This document shows positions 1 to 9,869 of a DNA stretch of 64,000 nt, in pieces. Below the pieces are notes generated by a model. The model made no database searches. It was not told where the DNA came from and saw only the letters and a program-made list of their open reading frames with translations. Every line of letters starts with the position of its first letter. Position 1 is the stretch's first letter. The position numbers were made by a program, and so were the translations under genes. Source of the DNA: an archaeon (GTDB lineage Archaea > Nanobdellota > Nanobdellia > SCGC-AAA011-G17 > GW2011-AR17); NCBI GenBank assembly GCA_043814545.1, contig JBDRJY010000014.1, forward strand, positions 7,617-71,616. Direction: 5' to 3'.

Positions 1-172
1 GTGCTCATATCGAGCTTTATTTTCGTAGATATCGTCCTTTACCACTTCTATATACTCCCGCAATTCAAACTTATTAATTGGAGTACTTCAAATCTCACAA
101 AATTACGTAATTTCCCAAGAACATAATCTCAAAGTAATACCCTTTTAGAGGGTACTTTTACTCTGAGTCGAA

Positions 173-247
173 TGCTCCGGCCGGGATTTGAACCCGGGTC
201 TTTGCCTCGAAAGGGCAAAATGATTGACCGAACTACACCACCGGAGC
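173..247 (-). tRNA. tRNA-Glu (anticodon UUC)
   Basis: Reverse complement reads GCTCCGGTGGTGTAG...TTTGCC-CTTTCGA-GGCAAA...CCGGGTTCAAATCCCGGCCGGAGCA. It has a 7-bp acceptor stem, a TTC anticodon in a 7-nt loop and a GTTCAAATCC T-arm. It is near-identical in architecture to methanogen tRNA-Glu, and CCA is not encoded. Confidence 0.85.
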
Positions 248-322
248 TTAAGTTTTTTGAATTCGATTTGGTTTATAAACTTTTCCCCCGTCAAAAACAA
301 AGGCAAAAACTAAACAATAATC

Positions 323-332
323 TTTATATAAA
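323..332 (+). promoter_or_regulatory. Putative archaeal TATA box (TTTATATAAA) upstream of the ABC ATPase gene; an SD-like AAAGAGGTG lies at 357-365
   Basis: An A/T octamer lies about 40 bp upstream of the GTG start at 371. A purine-rich RBS-like motif sits 6 nt before the start. Confidence 0.3.
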
Positions 333-370
333 GAAAAATCAATTGTTAAAGTAATAAAAGAGGTGTTTTT

Positions 371-1066
371 GTGAGGGATAATACTATTATTGAGTTAAAA
401 GAAGTTTGGAAAACTTATCATATGGGCGAAGTTCCTGTTCATGCGTTAAGAGGAATGAACCTTAAAATTAAAAATGGCGAGTTTGTTGCAGTTTTAGGGC
501 CGTCAGGTTCAGGTAAATCAACTGCAATGTCAATGATAGGTTGTTTAGACCTGCCTAGCAAAGGTTGTGTTTATCTAGAACATCAAGACATTTCTAAACT
601 AACTGAATCTAATTTAGCGCAAATTAGAGGAAAGAAAATAGGTTTCATTTTTCAAAGGTTTAACCTTTTATCAACGTTAACAGCAAGGGAAAATGTTGAA
701 TTGCCAATGATTTTTCAAGGTATTCCTAAAGATAAAAGAGAACTTATTGCGAAAGAATTATTAACAGATGTTGGCTTAGACAAACGTATGGATCATAGGC
801 CTACTCAGTTAAGTGGTGGTGAAATGCAGCGTGTTGCAATTGCGAGAGCTTTGGCAAACAATCCTGAAGTTGTTTTAGCTGACGAACCAACCGGCAATTT
901 AGATTCGAAAACAGGTCAAGAAATTATGAAAGTTTTAACAGAATTACACAGAAAATACAAACGTACTATAATCATGGTCACACACGATAAAAACGTGGCA
1001 AAGTTTGCGGACAGACAAGTCTTTTTACAAGACGGCCGTGTCGTACATAAAAGAGGTGCAAAATAA
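371..1066 (+). CDS. ABC transporter ATP-binding protein (MacB/LolD/FtsE-like)
   Basis: Walker [13 protein letters not shown] signature [15 protein letters not shown] and Walker [13 protein letters not shown] are present. The gene is first in a three-gene operon. Confidence 0.85.
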   Translation: MRDNTIIELKEVWKTYHMGEVPVHALRGMNLKIKNGEFVAVLGPSGSGKSTAMSMIGCLDLPSKGCVYLEHQDISKLTESNLAQIRGKKIGFIFQRFNLLSTLTARENVELPMIFQGIPKDKRELIAKELLTDVGLDKRMDHRPTQLSGGEMQRVAIARALANNPEVVLADEPTGNLDSKTGQEIMKVLTELHRKYKRTIIMVTHDKNVAKFADRQVFLQDGRVVHKRGAK

Positions 1067-2398
1067 ATGAAAAAATTAATTTTGATTGGTTTACTTGTAA
1101 TACTTTGTGCAAGCATGGTTGCAGCGAACCAAATTGTTTATACAAGAGCAGACGAATTACGGATTGATTTGGTAAGTTACAATCCGTCGCCAGTACAACC
1201 AGGGGAAAAATCTAAACTAATGTTTGAATTAGTTAACCTTGATGAAGAAGCGTTAACAGATTTAACAATAACATTGATTGAAGATTTTCCGTTCTTTTTA
1301 GAAACAGGGGCAGATGCTGTGTTTGACTTTGATACTCTTGGTCCTGGTGAAAAAGAAAGTTTTTCGTTTCCTATCGTTGCAAACAGTAACATTGACGACG
1401 GTTTTTATACATTAAGGTTACAGTTTTATTCATCTAAAACTAACCAAATCACAAGTGAACCGTTCACAATTTATGTTCAAAAAGCTAATCGTGTTATTAG
1501 TCCGACTTCTGTTCAGGTTACATCTGTTGTAGAAGACGACGCAGGAAATTTTTACCCTGGCGAAGCTTCACAGGTTGTTGTCCATGTTCAAAACTTTGCA
1601 GCTTATCACATGAAAGATGTTTCAGTTAAATTAAACTTGACTGACTCGGCGATACCGTTCGCACCATACGGCTCAACGTCTGAGAAAAACATTCAAAGTG
1701 TTGGCATTGGCGAAGGCTACGATGTAGTGTTTGATATAATAGCGTTACCTGACGCAGAGTCAGGCATTTACAAAGTGCCTTTAACATTAGTTTATTATGA
1801 TGATCAAGGCACTAAGTATACTAAAGATAATTTGATAGGTTTAGTTATTGCAGCTATACCAGAATTACATTTTGAAATTAAAGATAACGAAATTTATTCA
1901 AAGCATGGTATGGGCGAAATTACTGTTGATATTATTAACATAGGGTTAACTAATCTTAAGTTTGTCACTGTGCAACTTAACGAACCTCTATTAGAATCAA
2001 GAGGAATTTTTGGTTATACAATTAAGGAATGGCCAGAGTTTAAACTGCTTTCAGAAGATAAAATTTATTTGGGAGATATTGAACCTGACGATGGTGAAAG
2101 CGTAGATTTCAAACTTAACTTAAAATCTAAGGACGACTTTATAACTTTACCTCTGACATTGACTTACCTTGACGCAAACAACAACGAGTATACTGAAAAT
2201 GTTGAACTTGAAGTTGAGATCTATAGTATGAAAGAGCTAGGCTTGGACAACGGTTCGTCATGGTTCACTATATTTATCTTAATTGTGTTAGCAGTTTACG
2301 CGTTTGGGTTTTGGCGATGGAGAAAAAAACATCCTAGGAAAGGTTTGTTGCAATATACAAAATTTTTATTTTCCTTTTTAGCAAGAAAAAATGATTAA
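1067..2398 (+). CDS. Secreted/surface protein with N-terminal signal peptide and C-terminal TM anchor plus basic tail (extracytoplasmic partner of the MacB-type ABC system)
   Basis: Hydrophobic N-terminus. The C-terminal segment WFTIFILIVLAVYAFGFWRWRKKHPRK is a TM anchor with a basic tail. The start abuts the ATPase stop and the end overlaps the permease start (ATGATTAA). Confidence 0.55.
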   Translation: MKKLILIGLLVILCASMVAANQIVYTRADELRIDLVSYNPSPVQPGEKSKLMFELVNLDEEALTDLTITLIEDFPFFLETGADAVFDFDTLGPGEKESFSFPIVANSNIDDGFYTLRLQFYSSKTNQITSEPFTIYVQKANRVISPTSVQVTSVVEDDAGNFYPGEASQVVVHVQNFAAYHMKDVSVKLNLTDSAIPFAPYGSTSEKNIQSVGIGEGYDVVFDIIALPDAESGIYKVPLTLVYYDDQGTKYTKDNLIGLVIAAIPELHFEIKDNEIYSKHGMGEITVDIINIGLTNLKFVTVQLNEPLLESRGIFGYTIKEWPEFKLLSEDKIYLGDIEPDDGESVDFKLNLKSKDDFITLPLTLTYLDANNNEYTENVELEVEIYSMKELGLDNGSSWFTIFILIVLAVYAFGFWRWRKKHPRKGLLQYTKFLFSFLARKND

Positions 2399-3599
2399 GG
2401 ATTACCTAGCATTTGCAATAAAGAGTATATTAAACCGGAAGCTACGTTCTTGGCTTACTGTAATAGGTATTTTTATTGGTATAGCAACAGTAGTAGCATT
2501 AATTTCGATTGGGCAAGGTATGGAATCTGCAATTAACGAAGAATTTGAAAAGTTAGGAACTAACAAAATTATTGTTTCGCCAACAGGCAGTTTTGTGGTA
2601 GGCATTGAATCTGCACGACCCCTCACTACAAAAGATGTAGAAGTTATTGAAGATGTTAAAGGTGTCGACGTAGTCGCAGGCATGATAGCCAGGACAGCCC
2701 AAGTTGAGTTTAAGAACGAAGTTAAGTACACTACTGTTTCAGGCATGCCAACTGATGAAGGTTATGAAGTTATGGAAGATATTCAATCTTTTACTATTGG
2801 TTCAGGTAGGGAAATTGAGGAAGGTGACACTTATGATGCAATGGTGGGTTATATTTTTGCAGAAGAATTGTTTGACAACGAACTTTCTGTTCGAGACAAA
2901 TTTTATATTGAAGGTCAAAAGTTTCAAGTTATTGGTATCATGGACAAGATTGGGAACCCTGAGGATGATAAACAAGTTATAATCCCTCTTGAGATTGCCC
3001 GTGAATTGTTTAACGAACCTGACAATGTTATGGCTATCATGATTAAGGTTAAAGAAGGTGAAGAACCTAGCGAAGTCGCTGAACGAATTGAAGAAGAGTT
3101 AAGAGATTCTCGGGACGAGGAAGAAGGCGAGGAAAGTTTTGCAGTACAAACCTTTGAAGATATTTTGAAACAAGTAGGCGTAGTGTTAAACATTATTAGC
3201 GCAGTTTTGATTGCAATCGCAGCAATTTCGTTATTGGTAGGTGGCATTGGCATTATGAATACAATGTACACTTCTGTATTAGAACGTACTAAAGAGATTG
3301 GCATAATGAAATCTTTAGGCGCAAAAAACTCTGATGTTTTACTTATATTCATGTTAGAGTCGGGAATTTATGGTTTAGTCGGTGGTACGATAGGTATCCT
3401 TACTGGTGTTTTGCTTAGTGTTGCAGTATCTCAAATAGCAGTTGCTGCCTTAGGAGTAGAATATTTCAGGGCAGATGTTAGCATTTGGTTGGTTTTGGGT
3501 GCATTAAGTTTTTCTTTTGTAGTAGGTTGTGCTTCAGGTGTGTTACCTGCGCGACAAGCTTCAAAGTTAAAACCTGTTGACGCTTTACGTTATGAGTAA
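2391..3599 (+). CDS. ABC transporter permease, FtsX/MacB family (MacB periplasmic domain plus C-terminal 4-TM FtsX domain)
   Basis: N-terminal TM, a large extracytoplasmic domain, and the C-terminal segment ...GGIGIMNTMYTSVLERTKEIGIMKSLGA... typical of FtsX-like permeases. Confidence 0.8.
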   Translation: MIKDYLAFAIKSILNRKLRSWLTVIGIFIGIATVVALISIGQGMESAINEEFEKLGTNKIIVSPTGSFVVGIESARPLTTKDVEVIEDVKGVDVVAGMIARTAQVEFKNEVKYTTVSGMPTDEGYEVMEDIQSFTIGSGREIEEGDTYDAMVGYIFAEELFDNELSVRDKFYIEGQKFQVIGIMDKIGNPEDDKQVIIPLEIARELFNEPDNVMAIMIKVKEGEEPSEVAERIEEELRDSRDEEEGEESFAVQTFEDILKQVGVVLNIISAVLIAIAAISLLVGGIGIMNTMYTSVLERTKEIGIMKSLGAKNSDVLLIFMLESGIYGLVGGTIGILTGVLLSVAVSQIAVAALGVEYFRADVSIWLVLGALSFSFVVGCASGVLPARQASKLKPVDALRYE

Positions 3600-3635
3600 A
3601 CCTTTTAAACCATGAGTTTATTCAATTTTTATATT

Positions 3636-3718
3636 GCCGAGGTCGCATAATCTGGTATTGCACCAGCCTGGAAAGCTGGACCCTCCGGGGTGTCTGGGTT
3701 CAAATCCCAGCCTCGGCG
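3636..3718 (+). tRNA. tRNA-Ser (anticodon GGA), class II with long variable arm
   Basis: GCCGAGG acceptor pairs with CCTCGGC. The anticodon stem CCAGC/GCTGG carries the loop CTGGAAA. The variable arm is CCCTCCGGGG and the T-arm is CTGGGTTCAAATCCCAG. Total length is 83 nt. Confidence 0.85.
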
Positions 3719-3779
3719 TATTCTTCTAATAATTAAAAAAATAGAAAAAGATATAAATCTTATATTAAAAGTCTTGTAT

Positions 3780-4604
3780 ATGGAAGAAGTGTTAATTGCT
3801 AATAGTAAAGAATTTGAAAATAAAATAGAAGAAATAAAGAAAGACGGGGCTAAATCAATTCAAGTCGTTTCAGATTTTGATAAAACTTTGACAAAAGCTT
3901 TTATTGATGGTAAAAAAATCATGAGTTCTTATGCAATCTTAAGGGAAAATAAATATTTAGGCGAGGAATATTCTGCCAAGGCTTTCGCATTATTTGATGA
4001 ATATCATCCTTATGAACTTTCAACAGAATTAACATTTGAAGAAAAAAAACAGAAAATGGACGAATGGTGGAGCAAACATTTAGAACTCATGATAAAAAGC
4101 GGAATTAATAAAGAAATATTTAAGGAGATTGCGGATAAAGATCATGTAAAGGTAAGGGAAGGTCTAAATAAATTCATAGAAATACTAAATAAAAATAACA
4201 TTCCTTTTTTAATATTTTCAGCAGGATTGGGGGATGTTATCAAAGAAGTGTTAAGAGTAAAAGGTTTTTTAAAACAAAATGTAAACATTATTGCTAATTT
4301 TTTTAAGTTTAATGGGCAAGGTAATGTTATTGGTTATGATCAAGATATAGTTCATGTTTTTAATAAGAATACCATCGAACATGATGAAGATATTCCCGAA
4401 AGAAAAAATGTAATTTTATTAGGTGATAATATTGACGATTTAGGTATGGTTGAAGGAATAAGTTATGACACTATAATAAAAATTGGTTTTTTAAATGAAA
4501 AAATTGAAGAAAGGAAAAAAGAATATTTAAAACATTTTGATATAATTATTGTTAATGATGGAAGTTTTAATAAAATCAATGAAATTTTTGAAAAAATAAT
4601 CTGA
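3780..4604 (+). CDS. HAD-superfamily pyrimidine 5'-nucleotidase-like protein (cN-III / UMPH-1 family)
   Basis: The start was moved to the ATG at 3780, because the tracked ORF start at 3690 overlaps tRNA-Ser. The VVSDFDKTLT motif I (DxDxT) and overall similarity resemble cytosolic 5'-nucleotidase III. Confidence 0.5.
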   Translation: MEEVLIANSKEFENKIEEIKKDGAKSIQVVSDFDKTLTKAFIDGKKIMSSYAILRENKYLGEEYSAKAFALFDEYHPYELSTELTFEEKKQKMDEWWSKHLELMIKSGINKEIFKEIADKDHVKVREGLNKFIEILNKNNIPFLIFSAGLGDVIKEVLRVKGFLKQNVNIIANFFKFNGQGNVIGYDQDIVHVFNKNTIEHDEDIPERKNVILLGDNIDDLGMVEGISYDTIIKIGFLNEKIEERKKEYLKHFDIIIVNDGSFNKINEIFEKII

Positions 4605-4696
4605 TTAAGGTTTTTATTTAATTTATTATTTACTTCAGCGTTTTTTAATTCTTTCACAAAATTTATAAGGGAAAGCAAATTCTTTTAATATTAATA

Positions 4697-5908
4697 ATGT
4701 CTAATTTTAAGAAATTATTCCCAACCGCTGTTTTATCATTAATTCTTGCAGGTACTGCTATTGGCTTGAAAACTGAACAAAAAGAACCTGAAAAAGAAAA
4801 AATTGAAAACACTGCTAAGCCTGATAAAAACATTTTAATTCTGGGATGGGATGGTGTACAGAGAGACGAGTTCTTCGATTGTTATAACAAAGAAGAAAAA
4901 GATTGTCCTGACGGCTTGCCGAATATTTTAAAATTGTCTGAAGATAACATATTTGAAATGACTATTACTAACGGCCAAAGTTGTACTAAACCTGGCTGGT
5001 CACAAATTTTTACTGGGTACGAAGTTGAAGATTTAGGTATTTACGATAATTTAAGGTTTGAACCTATGTCTGAAGGCTACACAGTTTTTGAACGGCTTGA
5101 AGACCATTTTGGCGACAACATTACAACAATTTTCATTGGCGGTAAAGATGGTAACATTGGTGGTAAATGTAAACTTTCAAATTCAGGTGAAATTATCACT
5201 GGCGAACCCTGGTGCCGAACTAAATCTAACATTGACCATTACGAAATTCATATAGGAGTAGTAAGTGAAGTTTCAGAAAGAACATTTGAAATCTTAGAGG
5301 AGATTAAAGATGAAAGATTTTTCATGTTTGTACAGTATAAAGAACCAGATTTCCCTGGCATACATTTTTTCACAGCTGATTCAAATGAATATAGGCGAGA
5401 GTTAAGAGCTGTTGATACAGAATTAGGCAGAATCATGGATTGGCTAAAAGAAAATAATTTAGATGATGATACAATTGTTTACGTTATAACTGACCACGGC
5501 GCTGGTAGCGGTTTAGCACACAGGAACGCGCCGTATGGGATTTTTGCAACTACTGATGAGAGGGTTATGAGGGAAGCAGACAGGATGGATTTTGCACCTA
5601 CTTGGCTAGAATTTTACGGTTTAGATCCAGACACATATTTACCAGAGATTGACGGCACTTCGTTATATCAGTTGCATGATTTACAATGTATACCTGAAGG
5701 CAGTGCTTATTTAGATTATAAGGGTGCGCCAGAATGTTGTCCAGGTTTAGAATCTATTTCTTTAGAAAAGGATTATATCCATGGTAGACCTGCTTGCGTT
5801 ACACCAGTGGGTGATGTTACGGACAATTCGGGGTATTGCACAGATTGTGGTAATGGTTCTTGCGATAAACCTGAAAACAAATGTAATTGTCCAGAAGATT
5901 GTAAATAA
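4697..5908 (+). CDS. Secreted alkaline-phosphatase-superfamily enzyme, nucleotide pyrophosphatase/phosphodiesterase (NPP)-like, with Cys-rich C-terminus
   Basis: Signal peptide present. LILGWDGVQRDEF resembles the NPP DGFR motif and VITDHGAGSG resembles the SDHG motif. The C-terminus is the Cys-rich CTDCGNGSCDKPENKCNCPEDCK. Confidence 0.5.
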   Translation: MSNFKKLFPTAVLSLILAGTAIGLKTEQKEPEKEKIENTAKPDKNILILGWDGVQRDEFFDCYNKEEKDCPDGLPNILKLSEDNIFEMTITNGQSCTKPGWSQIFTGYEVEDLGIYDNLRFEPMSEGYTVFERLEDHFGDNITTIFIGGKDGNIGGKCKLSNSGEIITGEPWCRTKSNIDHYEIHIGVVSEVSERTFEILEEIKDERFFMFVQYKEPDFPGIHFFTADSNEYRRELRAVDTELGRIMDWLKENNLDDDTIVYVITDHGAGSGLAHRNAPYGIFATTDERVMREADRMDFAPTWLEFYGLDPDTYLPEIDGTSLYQLHDLQCIPEGSAYLDYKGAPECCPGLESISLEKDYIHGRPACVTPVGDVTDNSGYCTDCGNGSCDKPENKCNCPEDCK

Positions 5909-5940
5909 TTCTATTATTAAATTAATAAAAAAAAGAAAAT

Positions 5941-6195
5941 TTAAGCAAACCTGCTTGCGATATCTTCGTTATTTTTTGGCGCAGCTTCACCTTGTTGCTT
6001 TTGCATTTGTTCTTGAATTTTCTTAGCTTCAGCTTCAAGATCCACACCTAGTTCTTTAAGTGCATGAATATGAGCTTGCATAAGTTGTTCAACGACTTGC
6101 AACAGCTTGATAAACTCTTCACGTTCTTTAGCTAGTACAGCTAGTGAACCTTTGTGAATACCAATTTGTTCATCTTTATTTGGTTGTTCTACCAT
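5941..6195 (-). CDS. Small coiled-coil hypothetical protein
   Basis: 84-aa ORF downstream of pheT with heptad-like charged composition. No motif recognised. Confidence 0.3.
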   Translation of the reverse strand: MVEQPNKDEQIGIHKGSLAVLAKEREEFIKLLQVVEQLMQAHIHALKELGVDLEAEAKKIQEQMQKQQGEAAPKNNEDIASRFA

Positions 6196-6233
6196 TTTAT
6201 CTTCTTCAAGAAAGAATATACTATATATAAAGT

Positions 6234-7886
6234 TTACTTATTCAGAATTTCAAATAATTCAGTAAGGTTAAGTTCAAAACCTACGATGGGTGTTTTAATA
6301 TCGAAATTATTTAATACTTGGGGATGAATTTCTCCTATGTAAGCAACATCTTTGCCTTGTACACTTACTCTGCCTACTCTGCCTTTAATAAAAGAATCAT
6401 GTTTAACATCCCTGACATTATATTTTACATCTAACATTCTTAACAAATAATCTAAGATTTGTTTAGCTTCAGTAAAGTTAGCAGTTTGATGAGTTATGGC
6501 TACGCCTAAGCGCGTAAATTCTTTTACACCAGTTTCAGACTTTGCATCTTCTGTGAACATTACGCCTGCTTCGAAAATTTTCTGTGGTAACTCATGATGT
6601 CTATTCTCTGATAGAATTTTTATTAACTGTGGTAGCATCCATGTTCGTAACACATTATATTCTTCGTTAACTGCTGAATCTAATTCTATTAACGGTAAGT
6701 TAACTAACATTTTTTCACACTGAGTTTCCTTATTAGTTAAATGATAAGAAGAAGTTTCTAAAAGGCCTAAGCCAGTAAGGATTTCTGAAATTTTTCTTTT
6801 GAACGTTTCCATTTCAGATTCAGAACCGATTGTTGCAACGTCAGGTATTTCTTCTTTAAAATTTTCATAACCGTACGCAATTGCAACATCTTCGACTAAA
6901 TCGATAGGATGTAAAATGTCTGCACGGTAAGAAGGTATTTGTGCAGTTCCTTTAGAATAATCGTAACCCATTTTAGCAAACAATTTTTCCAAATCTTTTT
7001 CTTTAAGTTCTAAACCTAACAATTTATTAACATATTGAATATCAATTTTCATTTTAGCCGGGTTTAGGTTAGGTGAAGATATTATTTTATTTGAATATTT
7101 CACTTTAACTTCGTATAACTTTCCACCCATGTCAGAAAACATTGTAGATAAAATATTAATGATCATGTTAAGAGTGTGAAAATCAAAACCTGAAGCTTCA
7201 ATAAAAATATCTTTAGTATTTTCAGAAACTTTACCAGTTTCGTGCGAATTAATTATTGGCGGCATTGAAAGAATCTTATCATAATTATCAACAAATAAAG
7301 CATATTTTTTCAAACCTTTCATTAAATGTGCATAAGTTTTTCCTGCAGGATGTCGAGATAAAATCTCTGCGCCGTCCATTTCTTTTAACGCTTCTAATGG
7401 TTTGAAAAGAATTTCTGAAGGTTTTTTTGCTAAATATTTAATTGGAAAACTAATTTTTTCCATAGGATAAATTCCGATAGCAGCTTTCTTACGGTTCCTA
7501 CAAAAAGTAACATGTAACTTTTCTTGAATTTGGATAACTTCGCGAATATTTTCGTCTGTAAATTTTAAATCCTTAACAACAGCACAAAGAGTGTAAGGTC
7601 TTACATTAGAAACATTTTTGTCAACATAAACTTCATATTGCGATTTAGCAACAGAATATTTTCTTAGACCTGTCTTAACACCGATAAAAGAAGATAGCGC
7701 TCGCGCAAAACCCTGTTCAGATAACATGTCTGGTCTATTCGGAAAAATTTCGACGTCAATATCTTCACTGTTAACATCTTCAAGGTCAGTACCTAACATA
7801 CTAATACGATCTTTCAAGGTTTTATCATCTAACTGTTTTCCTAAAAGTTTCATTACAGTTTTTTTATTCAACTTTACTGTAGGCAT
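6234..7886 (-). CDS. pheT: Phenylalanine--tRNA ligase beta subunit (archaeal type)
   Basis: 550 aa, which is the archaeal length rather than the roughly 800 aa of bacterial PheT. B3/4- and B5-like regions are present. The start abuts the pheS stop. Confidence 0.9.
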   Translation of the reverse strand: MPTVKLNKKTVMKLLGKQLDDKTLKDRISMLGTDLEDVNSEDIDVEIFPNRPDMLSEQGFARALSSFIGVKTGLRKYSVAKSQYEVYVDKNVSNVRPYTLCAVVKDLKFTDENIREVIQIQEKLHVTFCRNRKKAAIGIYPMEKISFPIKYLAKKPSEILFKPLEALKEMDGAEILSRHPAGKTYAHLMKGLKKYALFVDNYDKILSMPPIINSHETGKVSENTKDIFIEASGFDFHTLNMIINILSTMFSDMGGKLYEVKVKYSNKIISSPNLNPAKMKIDIQYVNKLLGLELKEKDLEKLFAKMGYDYSKGTAQIPSYRADILHPIDLVEDVAIAYGYENFKEEIPDVATIGSESEMETFKRKISEILTGLGLLETSSYHLTNKETQCEKMLVNLPLIELDSAVNEEYNVLRTWMLPQLIKILSENRHHELPQKIFEAGVMFTEDAKSETGVKEFTRLGVAITHQTANFTEAKQILDYLLRMLDVKYNVRDVKHDSFIKGRVGRVSVQGKDVAYIGEIHPQVLNNFDIKTPIVGFELNLTELFEILNK

Positions 7887-9398
7887 TTATTTTCTCCATA
7901 TTTTTATATCTCTTAATTGCTTAACATCGTTACGATATAAGTCACGTAAATCTTTAATTTTATAAAAATCAACTATAAGTCGGTCAAAACCAGGACCCCA
8001 TGCTAATACAGGTACAGGTTCTCCTAAAAGAGGTTCAACAACTTCGGGCCGAAACATTCCAGCACCGCCTAATTCTACCCACTGTTTCTTTTGCGGATGA
8101 TAAACATCTATTTCAACACTCATCTCTGTATATGGAAAATAAGCTGGCCGAAACCTAGCGTCAGGGAAACCTAATTTACCGAAAAACTTTTTCAAATAAC
8201 CTAATAGATGTCGAAAATTAGCGTTAGGGTCAACAACAATACCTTCGGTTTGGTTAAACTCAAACAAATGTTTCCAGTCAACAGCTTCGTTCCGAAAACA
8301 TTTTCCTACAGCGAAATATTTTGCAGGCCAGTCAGATTTTTTCAATTTTGCTAAAGTTTTTGAAGATAAAACAGTAGTATGTGTACGTAAGACATTACGC
8401 TTAGATTCGTTCGGACTCCAATCATACTGCCATCCTTGACTGTTAACTTTATCACCTTTTTCGTGTATAAGTTTAATATTTTTAACTAGGTTAGCATTAG
8501 GTAATTTTCCTTGTTTAGGTTTTTTAATAAAAAATGTATCTTGCATTTCTCGTGCAGGATGGTCTTGTGGTACGAACAAAGCGTCAAAGTTCCAGAATGA
8601 AGTGTTTAATATTGGGCCTTCCATTTCTTTAAATCCTAACTCAATCCAAACTTTACGTGCATAATCCATTGCTTGGTTAACGAAATGCCTTTTGCCCCCA
8701 TAGATTTGTGGAACATTAATTTTAACATCATAAGCACGAAACTCTTGGCCTTTCCATGAAGAGTTTTCAAGCATTTTCGGTGTAAGAGTACCGATAAACT
8801 TGTCAGAAAGTTTTTGTTTAGACAGTTCTTTACCAATATCAGTTAATTTAATTGTGCGATTTTTTATTAATTCAGTTTTAATAATATTCCTTCGCGAAGA
8901 TAAATTTTTGTAAGCAAGTTTTTCTTCAGGTTTTAATTCTTCTAAATTAATTGGAAGTTTTTTCAAGAACTGTTCTTCTAACGAATCTTTATTTAATAAT
9001 TTTTCACCATTAGCAGTTATTGATACAATAAGATTATTGTCTTCTTTAGTAATATCAATTGCAGCTTTACGTTTAAGGATACCAATGCAAGCATTCACTT
9101 CTTGCTTATCAAGTTTAATTGAAGAAACTTTTGTTTTGCCTTTAATAGATTTAAGAAAAATTTTTTCGGGCAAACCTTCTTTAACATACTGTGAACCAAG
9201 TTTATCCAATTTAATTTCTTCACTTACTTCAAGTTTAATTTTAAGAACTTCTTTATTTTCTAACCATTGCAAAGCACGCATAACTTCAACTTCTTTTAAC
9301 CCACTTTTTTTAACAAGTTCAGAAAGTGTTACACCATCTTTAAGATACGGAACAACTTTACGTTCCAACGAATGCAAGCCTGCAATAAGCTGTTTCAT
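7887..9398 (-). CDS. pheS: Phenylalanine--tRNA ligase alpha subunit (archaeal/eukaryal type with N-terminal extension)
   Basis: Class II catalytic core ...FRPAYFPYTEMSVEIDVY...GAGMFRPEV... with a long winged-helix N-terminus. Confidence 0.9.
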   Translation of the reverse strand: MKQLIAGLHSLERKVVPYLKDGVTLSELVKKSGLKEVEVMRALQWLENKEVLKIKLEVSEEIKLDKLGSQYVKEGLPEKIFLKSIKGKTKVSSIKLDKQEVNACIGILKRKAAIDITKEDNNLIVSITANGEKLLNKDSLEEQFLKKLPINLEELKPEEKLAYKNLSSRRNIIKTELIKNRTIKLTDIGKELSKQKLSDKFIGTLTPKMLENSSWKGQEFRAYDVKINVPQIYGGKRHFVNQAMDYARKVWIELGFKEMEGPILNTSFWNFDALFVPQDHPAREMQDTFFIKKPKQGKLPNANLVKNIKLIHEKGDKVNSQGWQYDWSPNESKRNVLRTHTTVLSSKTLAKLKKSDWPAKYFAVGKCFRNEAVDWKHLFEFNQTEGIVVDPNANFRHLLGYLKKFFGKLGFPDARFRPAYFPYTEMSVEIDVYHPQKKQWVELGGAGMFRPEVVEPLLGEPVPVLAWGPGFDRLIVDFYKIKDLRDLYRNDVKQLRDIKIWRK

Positions 9399-9462
9399 AG
9401 TTATAAATTATAGTTAAATGAAGTTTTTAAAGGTTTTGTCTTAAGAGTAGAAAAATAAATAA

Positions 9463-9780
9463 TTATTTGGGAATATAACGGAAAGTAACTTGATATTTGT
9501 CAAGGTCTTCATTTCCAAACGTAGTAACTTCAAATACGGCTGCTTGTAAAAATCCCCAAACTCCATCAGTATTGTAAAAAGACAGTTCATAACCATAATT
9601 TTGTCTACTACACGCAGGCATTTTCCGCCTAAGATGACATTCAATGGTTATATTTTGTCCATGAAAATCTTGAGCACCCTTATTATTAACATCCAAACCA
9701 ATTTTTTCCATAACTTCAACTAAATCTTTTCTTTTTCCGATAAAAAGTGCTTGATGCATTTTAATACTCTTCCTCTTCAC
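9463..9780 (-). CDS. Hypothetical protein (about 100 aa, Cys/His-containing)
   Basis: Clean ORF in an intergenic slot between pheS and the TrmB gene. No recognisable motif. The start is more likely the MHQALF... Met at about 9759. Confidence 0.3.
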   Translation of the reverse strand: MKRKSIKMHQALFIGKRKDLVEVMEKIGLDVNNKGAQDFHGQNITIECHLRRKMPACSRQNYGYELSFYNTDGVWGFLQAAVFEVTTFGNEDLDKYQVTFRYIPK

Positions 9781-9869
9781 GATATTTATTATTCTTACGA
9801 AAAAATAAACTAGGTTTATTAAAAAACTTCCGTTCTTCGGATTGTATCATTTTTAAAAAAAGAAAAAAT

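Noticed and set aside
172-354. 60-aa +strand ORF (MLRPGFEPGSLPRKGK...)
   Set aside because: It lies on top of the tRNA-Glu gene on the opposite strand. Its sequence is simply the translation of the tRNA complement, with no RBS and no context.
2402-3352. Antisense ORFs 2402-2746(-), 2704-2982(+) and 2924-3352(-) inside the FtsX permease gene
   Set aside because: They are embedded in or overlap a well-supported CDS on the other strand or frame. Their products are low-complexity Ser/Thr/Ile-rich, typical of spurious ORFs in AT-rich DNA.
3690-3779. N-terminal extension (MSGFKSQPRRILLIIKK...) of the 3690-4604 ORF
   Set aside because: It overlaps the 3' half of tRNA-Ser (3636-3718). The downstream ATG at 3780 (MEEVLIAN...) gives a sensible HAD-enzyme N-terminus.
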